A DNA stretch of 64,000 nucleotides from Tubulanus polymorphus (taxonomy: Eukaryota > Animalia > Nemertea). Below are positions 48,520 to 63,400 of the stretch, in pieces. The stretch lies in assembly GCF_964204645.1 (NCBI RefSeq), contig NC_134030.1, positions 10,009,222 to 10,073,221 of the forward strand. Direction: 5' to 3'. The translations under genes were made by a program, and so were the position numbers. The notes beneath the pieces are model-generated. The model had not been told where the DNA came from. It worked only from the letters and a program-made list of their open reading frames with translations, and ran no database searches. Position 1 is the first letter of the stretch, and each line of letters begins with the position of its first letter.

Positions 48520-51420
48520 AAACGATTCGTTTATCAGTTCATCGAGCATTTTCAAAAACATTACAGATTTCCAAGTACTCGAATTCGAAAAGCTTTTTTC
48601 TGACGTTCACTCAGCGATATCTTGCCAAATTAGAAGGGGAAATTTACCAAAACCAGAACAACGGGACCACACGACAGTTGTAGATCAAAATGCTAGGATT
48701 AAGTGGAATAAACAAAGAGTTGAAACCTATAAAATTGAGCTCAAACGACGTAATGAGGACCAATTAATTGAACTCAATAGAGAACTATTAGATAATAATA
48801 TCAATGCTGGTGATGCGAGCAATATTTTAACTGACATAATGATCAGTACTGCAGTTTCAATAATGGGGTTACAAAATGTAAAAAGTAAGAAAACGGTCAG
48901 TAATAATAAGGGGTTTAGCCCAAGATTAAAAGAGCCGAGGAGAAACTATCGTCAGATGAAACGGAGATATAGGAGGTATAAATCAAACCTAAATAGAACA
49001 GAAATGAACAAAGCTTTTAGGCGATATAAAAAAGCTATCCGAACTCAGAGAAATATAAAAGTGAAAAATATGAATAACACCTTGCGGCAAATGAAACGCC
49101 TAAACCCAAGGGACTATTGGAAATTCTTCAAAAAGGATAACAATCCACAATGTGAAACCACACTTGAAGACCTCTTTAAATTTTATGTTGACTTAAATAA
49201 ACCCCCTACAGATCAGGGGAATTACTCCGGTTTTTTTAATGCCCTTGACTTTTCGTTTGACGGCGATGAGGTATTAAATAGGTTTTTCACTACAAATGAA
49301 GTTGTTAAATGTATGAAGAGACTTAAGACTAACAAAGCTGCAGGAATAGATCGCATAACTAACGAAATTTTAAAAGCCTCACAAGAGTTCATATTACCAA
49401 CACTTGTTTTACTTTTTAACACTGTCTTAGATACCGGTGTTATCCCCGACAGTTGGACTATTGGTACTATCAAGCCAATCTATAAGGGAAAAGGCGATGC
49501 CAAAGACCCAGACAACTATCGAGGGATCACCCTCCTTAGCTGTCTGGGGAAACTTTTTACTAGCCTGATAAATGATCGTCTGACGGAATACCTAGAAATC
49601 AATGATCTTCTACTGAAAAACCAGGCAGGCTTCAGGAAGGAGCATTCTATACTAGACCATATCTTCACTTTGAATTCACTGATTGAATTATTTATAGCAA
49701 ACAATAAGAAGTTATTTTGTATCTTCATCGATTATCGAAAGGCATTCGATTCAATATGGCGTAAAGCACTCTGGCATAAAATGATAAATACTGGTATAAC
49801 TGGAAAAATATTACGAGTAATTTACAATATTTATCAAGATGCAAAGTCATGTATTCAAGTAAACGGCGTCAATTCGGAGTACCTTGAGAGTTTTAAAGGA
49901 TTGAGGCAAGGTGAGAACCTCTCCCCTATTCTGTTTTCAATATATCTGAATGATATGGAACCGTTTCTGATTGAAAGTCAGTGTGATGGTATTAGGTTCT
50001 TTCGTGACCAAGAAAGCTTAGATGTTTATTTCCAACTCCTATTATTGTTATATGCAGATGATGCCGTTATACTAGCAGAATCTGCCCAAAGCCTACAATA
50101 TACAATCGATAAAGTCTTTGAGTATTGTCAGATGTGGAAACTCGACATCAACTTGGATAAAACGAAGGCAATAATCTTTCAAAAGAGGAAATGTCGAAAT
50201 CCTCCAGAATTTTTCATAAATGGGAGTAAAATAGAATTAGTCTCCAGTTTCAGATACTTAGGTATCATTTTCTATTATAATGGAAACCTATCGACATGTA
50301 TTAAGTCTATAGCTTCACATGCTAATAAAGCTATGTTTTTTGTTTTGAAAAAGGTAAAAGAATACTCCTTGAGTGTTGACATAGCTTTACAACTCTTCGA
50401 CAGTATGGTAACCCCAGTTTTAACATTCGGTTGCGAAATTTTGGGATTTCTAAATTTGAACTTGCTTGAGAAAGTTCAACTGACCTTTTTCAAATATCTA
50501 TTAAAACTAAAAAGGTCGACACCGACCTTCTTTGTTTATGGAGAACTAGGACGTTTCCCCTTGGAAGTAACGGTAAAAACCAGAATGCTTAAATTTTGGA
50601 GCAAATTGTTGAATAATCATAGTAAGCTTTCTTCTTTTATGTACAAGGTTTTTGTACCAACAGTCCTTATTTAATAATAATACCAGTAGATGGTTAAAAT
50701 GTATCAAGAATACATTGGAATCTAACGGACTTGGTGATTTATGGTACAACCAAAACACACCGGACCTGGAGCTCTTCTCTTTAATAGTGCGGACACGATT
50801 AACTGATCAATTCACCCAAACTTGGCACAGCATAGTAAATGAATCAAGCATCGCCACATACTATAAATTTTTTAAAAACCAATGGGGTATCGAAAATTAC
50901 CTTGTCAAACTGCCAACGGATCTTAGAATAAGTCTTTGCCGATTTCGCTGCTCTAACCATAAACTACCAGTCGAAATAGGAAGATATAACCGTACCCCCA
51001 GGGAAGAGCGAATATGTAATCTATGTAATATGAGAGTCATTGGGGATGAGTACCACTTTGTTCTAGAATGCCCTTTCCTTCAGAATCTTCGCACCCGGTT
51101 CATTAAACCATATTTTAGAATAAGACCAAGTGCCTTCAAACTGATACAATTATTAAATTCTAAATTCAAACAGCTCTGTAACCTGTCTCGCTTTATACAG
51201 CAAGGATCAAAGTTTCTCTAACTCATATTAAATATGTACTGTTCAATGCCCGCCTTAAGCTATTGTTGATTGATAAGTATTCATGTATTTCTTTTCATTT
51301 AAACCGTGTTTGTATGAATTCTGTAAACTGCATGGATACGTGTACAATGTATGAACCTGTTTTTTGTGCTCTGTGCAAATGTAAATTTTGTGGAGCAATA
51401 AACTAATTGTAATTGTAATT
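48520..51420 (+). mobile_element. 5'-truncated, well-preserved RTE-X-like LINE
   Basis: Frame is open from the end of the APE domain (LFSDVHSAI, about 48590) through RT (NQAGFR, FIDYRKAFD, RQGENLSPILF, YADD, FRYLG). One frameshift at about 50650; C-terminal CxxC...GDEYHFVLEC; AATAAA plus (AATTGT)n tail at 51397-51420. Confidence 0.92.
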
Positions 51421-51563
51421 AACACAAGCTCAAGAAAAAACTGGAATGCATCGGCCGTGGCTAAATCATTTCTCTCCACCTCACTTCATGCAGGCACGTC
51501 TTAACGTTCGAGCGAATGGACTAGAGGTGGCTCCGCGATTATTCCACTCGTTCAAACGAAGTA

Positions 51564-51737
51564 CAGTGGAGCCTCGTTACCACGAACTTCACAGGAACAG
51601 AAAATCTGTTCGTTATAACCGATAGTTCGTTATATCCAGTATGAAATTATCTAAATTTTCTTACTCGGGACGAAATTCTATATTTTTTGTATCCGACGAA
51701 TCGTTGTATCCGAGTTCGTAATAACGAGGTTCAACTC
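51564..51737. mobile_element. Tigger-like Tc1/mariner MITE, TA TSD
   Basis: TA|CAGTGGAGCCTCGTTACCACGAAC ... GTTCGTAATAACGAGGTTCAACTC|TA. Confidence 0.75.
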
Positions 51738-53053
51738 TATATCTCTTTCTTTCGCTGCGACCAGAATCGGCCCACATTTTATTTATAGTGGCGACGTAAC
51801 GCTGCACACACAACCCCAATTACGCATGTAGCAAGCCAACGAACCGTCCCACGCGCGCGTACTGATGCTTCCCCATTGCCTCCCAATCACTTAGAGCATC
51901 GCTCCCAAGTCGAGCGCGTTTCGATACTCGTCTCCGGTAAAATTGAATTTCGCGTATCTAATCCGACGACTTTTCCGTGCCGGAGCGGTTTGACTTGGTT
52001 TCCACGCGCCGTTTGTTGTGTACGTCGTATTAGTCCAACGGTTGATACACCGCTGCTATGAACACAATATGTGGCCTCTTCGGTTGCTAGGAAGACCAAT
52101 ATTCCGAATTTCCGCCGATGAAAAAGACACGAAATGATCGTCATGACCATTAGATGAACTTCGAACGAAGCGGTATCGCCTTTCGACGGGGTCCGATCAC
52201 TAACAGCTGCACGCACGGATTTTACAGTCAGTCATTCACATTTTAGACCTGATGAGATATTCTCTGTTTTTGAAAAAAAGGAAACGGACTATGACAGCAC
52301 TTCAAGAACTTTGACGGTCATCTACAAGCCATTTACGTGTAGGCCGGACGTTTCGTCTCTAAGTCGTAAAAAAGCGAGGTAAGTTTCAACTGTTTTTACG
52401 TTTAGAAAAGTTTTAAAGTTTTTAGAAAATCTCATTCACTCATTGTTTTCTAATCGCTGATAATCTGGAATTTGAATTTCCACTGATTTTGAGTTCGAGT
52501 ACAATAGAATATTTACTAAAACCAATGGGTTGGTTGTTCGCAAACTGGTATAGTTTCCATGAGGATAAAATCGTTGGTTGGAGCACGTATGGGCAGCAAA
52601 AAGAACAACAAATACGTAGACATCATCTACGATTATCAACATCGTTTACACTTCCAAAAACTAAGTTCGAAAACTAACATAATTTCCTCGAATATGGTTA
52701 GATCGTGGCTGGGGCAGAAATAGAAATCCACAAATTTACAAATAAATTTCATCTACGATTATCAACATCGTTTACAGTTTCAAACATACACTATCTACAT
52801 GTGAATCTCGAGTGTGCCTTCCATATACCTGCAGTGATAAGTACCTGTACTTCGGATCGCTTCTGGAACCACCGCATGTGGATAAATATAAAGCAAACAC
52901 AACATACTGCGGATCCATATGTACAGGTATACATGTAATAAACATTATCGCTTCGTACGAGTTATACCTTGAGGTTCATCTGGGTTTTATTTAGCTGATT
53001 GAATAAATGAACCGGACGAGTATTGGCGTGAGCTTCGGCGAGAGGCAACCAAG

Positions 53054-53298
53054 CAGAGGCGGATCTATAGGGAATTTGGAAGGCCGAGGTCCAAGGAAAA
53101 TGAAAGGCATTTCTCAGATAAAGCAGCCATTTCATATAAGGCTACTAGCGAGGTCCCATCCTCATTATTAGATATTTTTGAAGAAATGCGTGCGGAAAGA
53201 TGGGTTTCAAATTTGCAGCTTTTTACTATCTTTGACTTAACCTTAATGGGAAGGCAGGGGATCCGGACCCCCGAGACCGCCCCTTAAATCTGCCCCTG
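53054..53298. mobile_element. hAT5-like MITE, sister of 3969-4203
   Basis: CAGAGGCGGATCT...AAATCTGCCCCTG; 5-bp TSD CCAAG at 53049-53053 and 53299-53303; shared internal AAAGCAGCCATTTCATAT and AATGGGAAGGCAGG. Confidence 0.8.
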
Positions 53299-56200
53299 CC
53301 AAGCCCTGGCAAGTGATGATAGCGTGATCGTTGTACTGGTATTGGCGCATCAATTTCGGTGGACTTTTTCAGCCTCGCGAATACATTTACATCTCAATCC
53401 CCTAGGAACCAATCTTTTATATTCATTTATCGATGCTTCATTTTTTAACGAAATCAAGACGTTTTTACAACGAAGTATCGTTTGCCAGTTGTTAAGCAGC
53501 TACACGTTTACAAAGAGATTTTACGATTACAAATGGCTTTTAAGTCCAGAAATAGTTCCGACGCCGGGTAGTAATTCCGAACGCGTATCACTGTACAGAA
53601 AAAAAGATAACTCACTTAGCGTGTGTCTCCGAGTATTTGTAAACATCTTTGCACGTGGAAACCCAGGTAGAGATTAAGATTTACAGCCAACTCTACAGTC
53701 GATTACAAATAACGTTTTACGTTTTATGCTTTTTACCGTATGTTATTGACAGAGAACGAAATTCCTCGTATTAGTAAATTTTAGCGCTGGCAAAAAGGTT
53801 TTTCATTTTTAGTGTAAAATAGGCACATTCCTTTCGCGGTATTTCGGCCGCGTAAATCCATCTAACCCGCAGGTTCGGCAAAACGAAAGAACCGCGCGGT
53901 TTAGAAACCTAAAACAAACATTTGCAATTTTAACTGCGCGAAAAACTTAAATCGATAAATCAATTTGATTTAGCTCTAGAACGCCGGCCGGATAATGGAA
54001 AATATTGAAACGTGAAAACGATGAATATTTGAATACGGAAAATGTGAATACTAAATTTACTCGTTTGGACATTGAAGATACTACGTACGTATTATTTGAA
54101 ATATTCTAAGATAGAAGAAGGGATATCGCAATGTACGGTCCAACAAAAATGGTGTATTCATTCTTGTTTTCAATCATCTTCTGTTAAATAATTAGTATTT
54201 TGTATTGTTTGAATTCATTACTGATCGCAAATGTTACAAACTGGTCTGATGGGAAACATGATTTTACAAAAACACTGCCAGATTTGCAGTCTACTGATGA
54301 CGCCGGAATAAGAGTACGGAAAAAGGATATATTATTATGAATTATAAAAAGGCTCATTTTCTGATAGCTACAGTTCGATGGCCCTGAGAAGGAACTTTCT
54401 TCGTTTAAGTATTTCTATGAAAAGGCATCCTTATTTCTCATAATTATTCAACGAGCTATTTGCTAGTAGACTAATGAATGTGTGAACGTATGGATTGTTT
54501 GTGTAGCAATCAGACAAAAAATTCCTTCTCAGGGTTTCATTAGAATCTAAATTCCATTAACACCTGATATTCGTCACATATAGTTAACAATGTACTTAGT
54601 CTTCGAGGCGAGATTGGCAGATTATAAGACAAATACGTTGGTTGTATTGTAAACTACATCTTGGTGCACCTTAGATAGCTGGAATATTCAAAACATGTAC
54701 TCTTCCTAATCCGTCCACCGCTATTCTATTTCGGTGGCTTTTAAAGCCTTCTGTCTTATTACTTGAAGCAATGATTCGCTAATGAGAAAGTCATGCTCTA
54801 CGATCAGTGACATACGCTTTGACAAATTCAATTGGCTGATAAGCGCATTAAATCATCTTCGAATCTAGACTTCAATCCGCAATGAAGAAAATTCTTTTTA
54901 TTCCTCACCTCTATAATATATCTAAAGCAGAGAACGGAAAGATTAAGACTTCAATCTGTAATGAACACCCCATTAAAAAACCTTTGCGTTTGATATCACA
55001 AATCATTAGGCGGTTTGGTGATTAATCTCAAAGAAAATGGAAAGATTGATAATTATATTCAAGTCAGTTCATGTATATATTCATGGAAAAGATTTTTTTA
55101 AAATTTGATTGTTCATTCATGAGGGACGTAAAAGAGGGCCTGTAATATCGTGCGCTCGAGTTGTTATTTCAGAATTGTGAGTTTTAATTACAGTTGAAGC
55201 ATGTGCGCATTTGTGCGTAAGATTCGAATTGAAGTCATCACTCGAAATGATATGCTGATACCTACATCACGATTTACATTTTCATGATTTCAGAACGCCG
55301 AAATCACGTCGGAAAGAAATGTTTGCGACCGCCTTATCCGCGCTGAACACGAATAACTAAGAATAGCGTGTGCCTTTACTTACTTGCACAAATCACAATT
55401 TACAGTGCTTTTTACGAGGTTTTAAGGTTATCTTTGTGTCGCGTTTTTGAACAGCAAGCAAACTAAACTAACTGGCGATACAATCAAGAGAAAAGCCTTT
55501 TTTAGTGACGAGCGGCGGGCAAGGTCAACACACACAATCCTAGCATCATTCTTTTAGGACTTTTTGCAGATCGGCACATTATTCGTGTAGGAATCTCTAC
55601 TATAATTCTCAAAGGACTTATATGTATATATAGATTTGTCCTCTATACATTTTGTCGCGGATTTTAGTTTTAATAACGCTAAACCAAGTCGTAGGATGGT
55701 ATCTTCATCTAACGCTTTATGAATCATTCGAAGCATATTCACTGGTTGAAGGTCGATTGGAATATTGACGGGGATATCGCGGTTTCGTCACAATTGAATT
55801 TGCATCCTTTCCAGCCATATCGATATTATGTGTATATATTCATCAATGGTCGTATAAACCTATAGAGCAGTTTATACGGCCACGATTCACCGGTTCAACG
55901 GGATACAACTGGACGTACGCGGATAGTACGTTCTTGTTGCGTTGTGATTGTTGTCAATTAACGCCGGCTAAAACCCGATGATCCATCAAGCCGATGTAAA
56001 CATCATCGTCGGCCCACCGCGGCTTTTGTTTTCTGAGAATACGCGCCCATCCGCCATTAGAAATTCAAAATAGCGCGGTGTCGTGGCGTGCTGTCCCGCG
56101 CAACCACCCGGCAATAAAAGCATTTAATAATCGATATACGCGCGTATTGCTCGATAGCCTTGATTTCTAATTAAAGTATTAATTGAACTGGTAATTCGAT

Positions 56201-56370
56201 TTCAGAATTGCAATTAATATCATTGAAAGCGCGGAATGTCAATGGCGTACGCATTCACGGTATCGGAACCAGCCATTTCCATAATTCGCCATTCGGCGCG
56301 TGTCTTACAACTCCATCAGAGTCACCAGAGTGAATATAATTTGTTGTTTAACAAACTAATTCATGATATG

Positions 56371-56772
56371 AACAAGCCATAGGCGACAACGGTTTTCGGG
56401 CTCACGCTCGAAGTATAATTCGAACTCCGAAATTACCCATGCGTTAGTTCTCGTTGCATTTTGGTTATATGTTGTATCTAGGGCCAAAAGCTAATTTTGT
56501 TGAGGAAAATTTTTGAATTTCGATCCCGTTCCTCAGTATGAGGTCATCTTCAAGGTCATATACTGAAAAACATAGTTTTTGGTGCCTAGTTCTGCTGCTA
56601 GGTGGCGTACCATGCCCGTTCTTTGTACTGCACAACAAGATCCTTATACTAACATTGTACCCAAGTTTCATCAAGAACGACCCACTATTAACGGAGCTAA
56701 GTAGCTGAAAGACGGCCGGACGAACGGACGGACAGACGGAACGAGTATGAGGGTCTCACGTTAGTCCGAGAA
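56371..56772 (+). mobile_element. AACAAG-start interspersed repeat, copy 3
   Basis: Matches 12125-12530 along its length; (GGAC)n block near the 3' end. Confidence 0.75.
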
Positions 56773-57164
56773 AAAATATGAAACTATTGCTCAGCTAAAC
56801 TGAAATGATTATGTTAATTAGCCATCACATACCGCGACTGAGGGCTCCGTGCGTTCATCGCGTAAATACATATCTACGAAAGCTGCGCGAAAGGTTTACT
56901 TAAAACGGGTAATTCAAACATCGATTCGACGTATGTACGTTTGTGTAACAGCTGACAAAATACAAACTGAAATCTAGAATTAATACTTAGCTATTATAGG
57001 CGCCTGTTTGTTTTATTCTTTTTTAAATTGCGAACGCGCCGTGCACATTGGCTTAATTGAATAAATGAGTAAAGTGCGCGTATGATTTTGTTCATTAGCC
57101 TATTGTATGTATATCAAAAACTGTGACGTTACGGATTCGTTTGGATATTTGAATTCACTGTCAT

Positions 57165-57400
57165 TCGGAGAGGCTGGAACTGGATTGGCCACGCCTTCAG
57201 AAAACCAACATCACCAGACAGGCCCTCACCTGGAAACCACTCCAAAGGAAGCAGAAACCGAGAACGACCGACGAACAGCTGGCGAAGAGATATTGAAATA
57301 CATGGGCCTCACGTGGAACCATCTATGGAAGGAGGCTGGAGACGGCTTGTTGATGGCCTATGCTCTCAGGATAAGCCGTGGCTATAAGTAAAGTAAGTAA
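57165..57400 (+). mobile_element. 3' fragment of an RTE-clade LINE
   Basis: Encodes (with frameshifts) RGWNWIGHAFRK, TRQALTW, GSRNRERPTNSWRR and GWRRLVDGLCS, then a (TAAG/TAAAG)n tail. Confidence 0.75.
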
Positions 57401-60400
57401 ATTCAGCTTCTTCGGTATAGATTTCTTTTGGCACGGACGGTTCGACCCGCGATAGTTTCGTGTAATATAGCGAGCAAGAGTCATGATAGCATTGGTATTT
57501 TCCGATGGTAATTATGAAGCGCGATGATGATGGATGAACGCGTCCAGGGAGAAACACACTAGATAATAGGATGGTTATATCAAAGCTGTGGGTAGTTGGG
57601 TGTTGAATGGGTATTACCGTGTGATATGTGGGAATTTGTGGCCAGCACACACAGATCACAACGATCACAGGGAGAGGCAACATGTGAAAATGAGGTAATG
57701 AAAAGTTAAAGCGCGACGATTGCTGAACGCGTCCAGTGATTCTGTGCACGGACTCTCTCACGATAAGTTATACAGTCGCGGCGAGCTGCCGCGTGCGAAT
57801 TTAAAGCACATCCAGATTCGTGGATCGTCGTAAACGCTTTGGATTGTTTGGATGGAAGTATTGTAACCGAACTAAAATAAATCTAAGGTAAAGCATGATC
57901 TTATATTTGTTTGATATGGAGGTGGAATTGTTCGCTATTTACATTACGAATAGCTGTTTGCGAAAAAGGATCTGATTTCCGAAGGTCTTGCGTGAACAAT
58001 GTTAACGCGATTAAGTCTGCAATCACGCGTAAACTCGAAACAAGGCTTAACAAAATTCTAAAACGATATTTTCTGCGTTAATCACATTTCTCTGCACAAA
58101 ACGATCAAGTTTAAAAAAAACTTTTGTTGATCGGCAATTCGATTCCTGTCTGGCTTTGACGTAACCGATTAAACAATTCATCATTCTCTGTAGTGTTTAC
58201 CGAAATCAAAGACATATGCGTCCGATTTTTTTCTATACATGCAAATTGTGTTTCATTCGCTGCTGAGAAAAATACTATCTACCGCATTTCATTGGGCTGG
58301 TATCTTTTTTATACGGTCTTTGTTAGTATCCAAAAACACCGTTTGCAAAAAAAACAAAGCCGATTTTGCTGATAACGATATCAAATGCGCAAACGGAAAA
58401 CTCAAGGACTCTCTGTCTGAGTTTTGCGTTTTGGTTCTTTTCTGGAGATCGTTAACATCGCGGAAAAAACGATGATGAAAACCCTTCGGAATCTGTATAT
58501 GTATCGTAAATTGTAATATTTAAAGCAAATTCGTTACTAGTACTTTTTCATTCTGCTAAAAGTATTCATTTGGAAATTTTAATTACTTTGAGTGCGGATT
58601 TCTTCAAGGACGAAGTGGGAGGGCAAAGGGAAAAAAAAAACGAAAAATAAAAAAATAATATCGTAGGCATTTTAAAATGGTAGGGAACCGGGAAAACTAA
58701 AGATGAATTCTTAAGGACTGCAGAAAGACATAAAAAGGAGTGAAAATTGTGATGAATTTTATTCAATCAAATGATATATGCGTCAGAGGAGTGAAAATTG
58801 TGATGAATTTTATTTATTCAATCAATTGATGGGAGAAATGAAAAAACTTAACTTTTTTTTACAAATCATAAGATTGATAATTAAGGTGAACATAACTTTT
58901 ACAAGACACTTGATTGAAAATCGAGACGGACGTATCAAAAAAGATTATTGATTTGATAATTTTTGCAGAATTATGGGAGGTAGATCCGTGCTCCGTTTAA
59001 AAAAAAAGGCGTGGTGGAAAAGGATCATTCGGAATGAACTCTTCATCGGTGGAGCCAATCGACAAGTCGATGAAGAGTGTATGGTCAAATTATTTCTGCA
59101 TAAGGGTTCTACATTATAACTGGGTGGTTTGATCATTAGTAGATATCCTTATCTGTTGATCACAGTAGCAAACAGTACCGTAACTACATTTAAATACGCA
59201 TTTCAGCAAGCTGACACCAACTTTCTAAAGGGGTCAATTCTACACTATATTAAGCGTATTTTATGCACATAATAATCCAAATGGGAATGGACGAACGGAT
59301 GGACGAACGGATAAAATGACATAGCGGGTTTCCAGAACGACGACAATTGAGGTTATCATCTTTGTCATAACCCATTTCCTAGATTTAGTAACGTTTAGTA
59401 ACATGGCGCGTTGTTCAGTCATTTTGAGACAGGCGCAGAAGGGGACAACACCAGTACCGTTACCGCGATCAATGCAAAATTGTGTACGAGACATCACATA
59501 TATGTTAGTGTTATATTTCGATAACTTGCTGACGTATCCGACGCCTGTCATTTTTCAAGCGCTTCTTTGTACAGCGAAAATAATTCATGCCAGCAATTCC
59601 ATTTGCGGGGATCGGGTATTGGATTACACAATTCATGACAAACACTACCGCTATTTGCGGCTTTACCTTTCGCTTGTGGTAAGTCATTCTTGAAAATTCG
59701 ATCCATTGTTGTTGTTGAATTTTTTTCTGAAATCTTCAATCGAAAACAGAGGTTATGGTTTACAAGAAATACCGCATTTTTCGGCTCACAGTTTCATAAG
59801 GCAGGGTAGAAAAATGTATTCGACCTCGGAAACTTATTAATACGAGCGATGCATGCGACACATTGAATCGGATTTATGGGCCCGCAAAAATACGTGAATG
59901 TGAACGAACGCCACGGGACCCTGACCTGATAACGTACATCTATAAAAAGCATATCAACTATTATTACCGTAATTATCTATAAGTAACATAATTGCATGCA
60001 ATTATCATGTACATGTACACACAAGAGACATCTTTTAAATCTCTTATGGTACATTCCACTCCATTTCTTGCCCCACACCGTCACGTATGTGTTTGTATAT
60101 ATTAGATTCAGAAAAATATGTGCGCAATGTTTTTTGACATTCGATGAGTAAATAATCATTGAACAAACAAGCGATATTCTTTTTTTGGGGGTGCCGCACA
60201 AAAGTATTATCAGTGGAAAATTTATTCACAGACACACTGTTCCAATCAATGTTTACACATTCAGTAGATTTTACGATTAACCTTCATGTCACCCCTTAAC
60301 AGATTATGAAGTGTTGAATTTTCGCCAACGTTCGTTACATATTCAACATAATATTCTATAGAGGCATGATCGTTTCATTGTAGAATTTTTGCGTCGGGAG

Positions 60401-63400
60401 AAAAGGCAAGCATAAACGAGATTTAAAATCCGAAAAAGGCTTAAGACCGAAGGATAATTAAATTCATTCGTATTGCGTGTTATTGAAATTGCAGACGGTC
60501 GCGGTGCGTAAAAACAAAGAGAATCATTTCAGCTTTTAGAATACATTATGTTTATACCATTTCGCGCCGATGCGGTTTACGCTCGTGCTTACAAGTACCA
60601 TTAGTTATGCCAGCTCTTTATATGGATAGTATTTCTAGATTATATTCAGAGTAGAAACGTTTGATATCGGCAATATAAAGTCTCCTTGAATGCATTTCTG
60701 AAGAGGAATTTTTTAATAATTGCAGTTCAAGTAGGTAAATTTTACTATAATTCTGTATCTCTCGTTACATTTATTCCATATGGCGCAAAACCGATTGAAT
60801 TGAATTTTACTCTAAAACTATAAAACCTATTTTAAAGCCGTTAGTCCCGCAGTCGTCCCGAGCAGGCGGGGTAAAATGTTCAACTATTTACAGGTTCAAT
60901 CCCATTTACTCCAAACATAAGCAGAGATCTCAGTTCAAAAACAACTTTGCGCGTCGAAAAGGCTTTCAGTATGACACGCGCTAATTTCCCAACGGTAAAA
61001 ACGAAAATTTCGAATCGATTCGAATTGATTGCAAACATCAGCAAAAAGATGTCGGCAACGAGTGTTCGTTTTTAGATCGCGTGACCACTGACTTGATGCG
61101 AATCGGTGTCCCTGTTCTGACTTAATGTGAAATACCAACGAGTGTAATGTGCCACCAGACAGGAGTGTCGAACGACGGCACCAGTCACGGTATTCGATGA
61201 TTCCGTGCTCTCAAACAATGTTCGTGCGTTCGGTCATCAGCGCACGCATCGTGTGGCACAAATTTATAACTTCTCGCAATTTTATTAATGATTGCAATAA
61301 ATATTCGTAACGCCGGTGCCTAATAATCCGAGCGTGTTCGGAGCTCTGGTCGTATAGAACAGGGTCAAATAAAGGCTGTTGCCGCTGATTATCAGTGCGG
61401 GAGCGTAGCGAGGATTTTTTTAAGAAAAATAAAACTACCACATGTCAATACTGTCATTATGGAGACCGAACGAGAGCGCCGAGGGCGGGAATTTCGAAAA
61501 AGAGTCGAGTAGATGAGCATTCAAAGGGTTTAAAAAGTAAACACGTTTGAAAAAATGCCTGTATCATCCTTTTGCCTGATTTCCTCTACTAATAATTTAC
61601 ACTAGCTGTCGACTGTCAACGGTCAACTGCTGGTAACACCGACCGAATAACGCAGTTAACTATACGCTCGCACTATAATACCGTATACTGGACTAGCGCC
61701 CGATGTGGTTCTTTTGACATTGTTTATCAATGTTGTTTATTGAGTCAAAAGCTTGTATGACATATAACAAACTTTTAAGTACAATGAACACCGATGAGGC
61801 GGTCATATGATAAATTTGCATATTTCGTATGATAATTTGAATTATCTTCTATTACCTACTAATATTCTATTTACTTATATTTTATGGACTCTCAAGGAGC
61901 AAATTCCGATGTGCAAATACTTAAGTTAGAAAAGTCGCAACACGTTTTGTGATAGCGCCCGAATACAGCGAAAGTGATTTGATAAATTTATGCATTGACT
62001 TTTCGTTCTGGACTGATCGATCGAACCGTTTAACATTTTCGCATCGCTCCAGTCAGTTACGTGATAAGGAAGGTCGGTTCAGTGCGCACGGTGGGGACTA
62101 GCCGAACATTCGTTGTTCCCGTCAAATTGTTTGTCCGTCCGCAATCTAAAACGCGAATTTTGAAATTGTTCGCTAGCCGGACATTTCCGTGTTTACTGTC
62201 TGAGCGGAATGGACATTTTCCCACGCACCAGCCATTCAGCGAAGAAATGGGAATCGACAATCAAAATGGCGTCTGAATCGAGAACACAATATCTGATTCT
62301 ATTGTGGGATTTCTCTCGTTAAAATGGTGTCTGCCTGGTATAACCTCGGTTTTCTTAGTCAGTCTACTAGTGGTCGGAACTAATAACTCTGGTTTAACGC
62401 ATTTCACGTTGTCGGCCATCTTGGAACTAGGTCCGCGAACTACAGGGACCGGTGCTCGATCACGCGGTTGACTATTTTCAGTTCTATTTAGCTCGTAAAT
62501 AATAGACTAACCCCGATAAGCGAAGTTCGCCTGAATGGTGACATGTTGCAATCATTGGATTTCGTTTTGTTCTAGTTTACTGTCGCCAGGTGGCGCGGAA
62601 AAAAATCGTCCATCGTCTGCGCAGGCAACGAACGCGGAATGTTCCGTGTTTTAGTTCGTCGATAAAAGTGCTCGTTCGGCAACAGAGATATCCCAACACG
62701 AGCAAACACTGCGCAAAATTGACTATCATACTAGCGTATAAAATTGAATTTACTCAAACCGAAACAAAGATCAACAAACGGTATAGGTTGATCGGAAAAT
62801 TGATTAATGCAATTATTCCCAATGCACTCAGTTGCTAACGCGATATCATGTCTATCCATTCACGGGGTATAAGCGATGCCCGCCGATGCGATCGTCTGCA
62901 ATCTGCATTCAGATCAGTCAAATGTGAAAATCGACTGGCTTCGAACAAAATGGTTGGTCATGTTTTAACCCAATCGTGAAAGTTAAAACTGGTATCTAGA
63001 ACTACGTCGTCACATGGGCTATCTATGTATCTCTGATGCGTTTTCCAGGCCCGTGTCAAACTGGGGAAGTTGTATTTCAAGAAAAATGGCACTTTTTACC
63101 GTGGAAAAGGCCACTTTCCTATTGAAAAAGGACAGATCTAAAATATGAAGTGCCCGGGTTTTTTTGTCATTTTCCAAAAACATGAAAATTGTCTCCAAAT
63201 TTCGCAAAATCTTGACGCATTTTTTGACACTGACTTTTTGAAGGGAGCTTTAAAAAATTTTAGAGGGTTCGCTCGCTACCCTGAACCCCACTCGGCATGG
63301 GTCTATTATCTTTAAGTCTATGACATATAGCTAATACGGGGTTCTTTTAATTTCGGGTATCGATCATTTAAGACGTCGTGACAACTGTAACAAAATGTTG

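Noticed and set aside
52245-54325. Further CTGATGA hits (about 52249 and 54294) as hammerheads
   Set aside because: No proper stem II plus GAAA-UH arrangement; consistent with chance matches.
62298-62320. ATTGTGGGATTTCTCTC resembling the PLE terminal motif
   Set aside because: No hammerhead core or AATAAA upstream, so it cannot be tied to the module.
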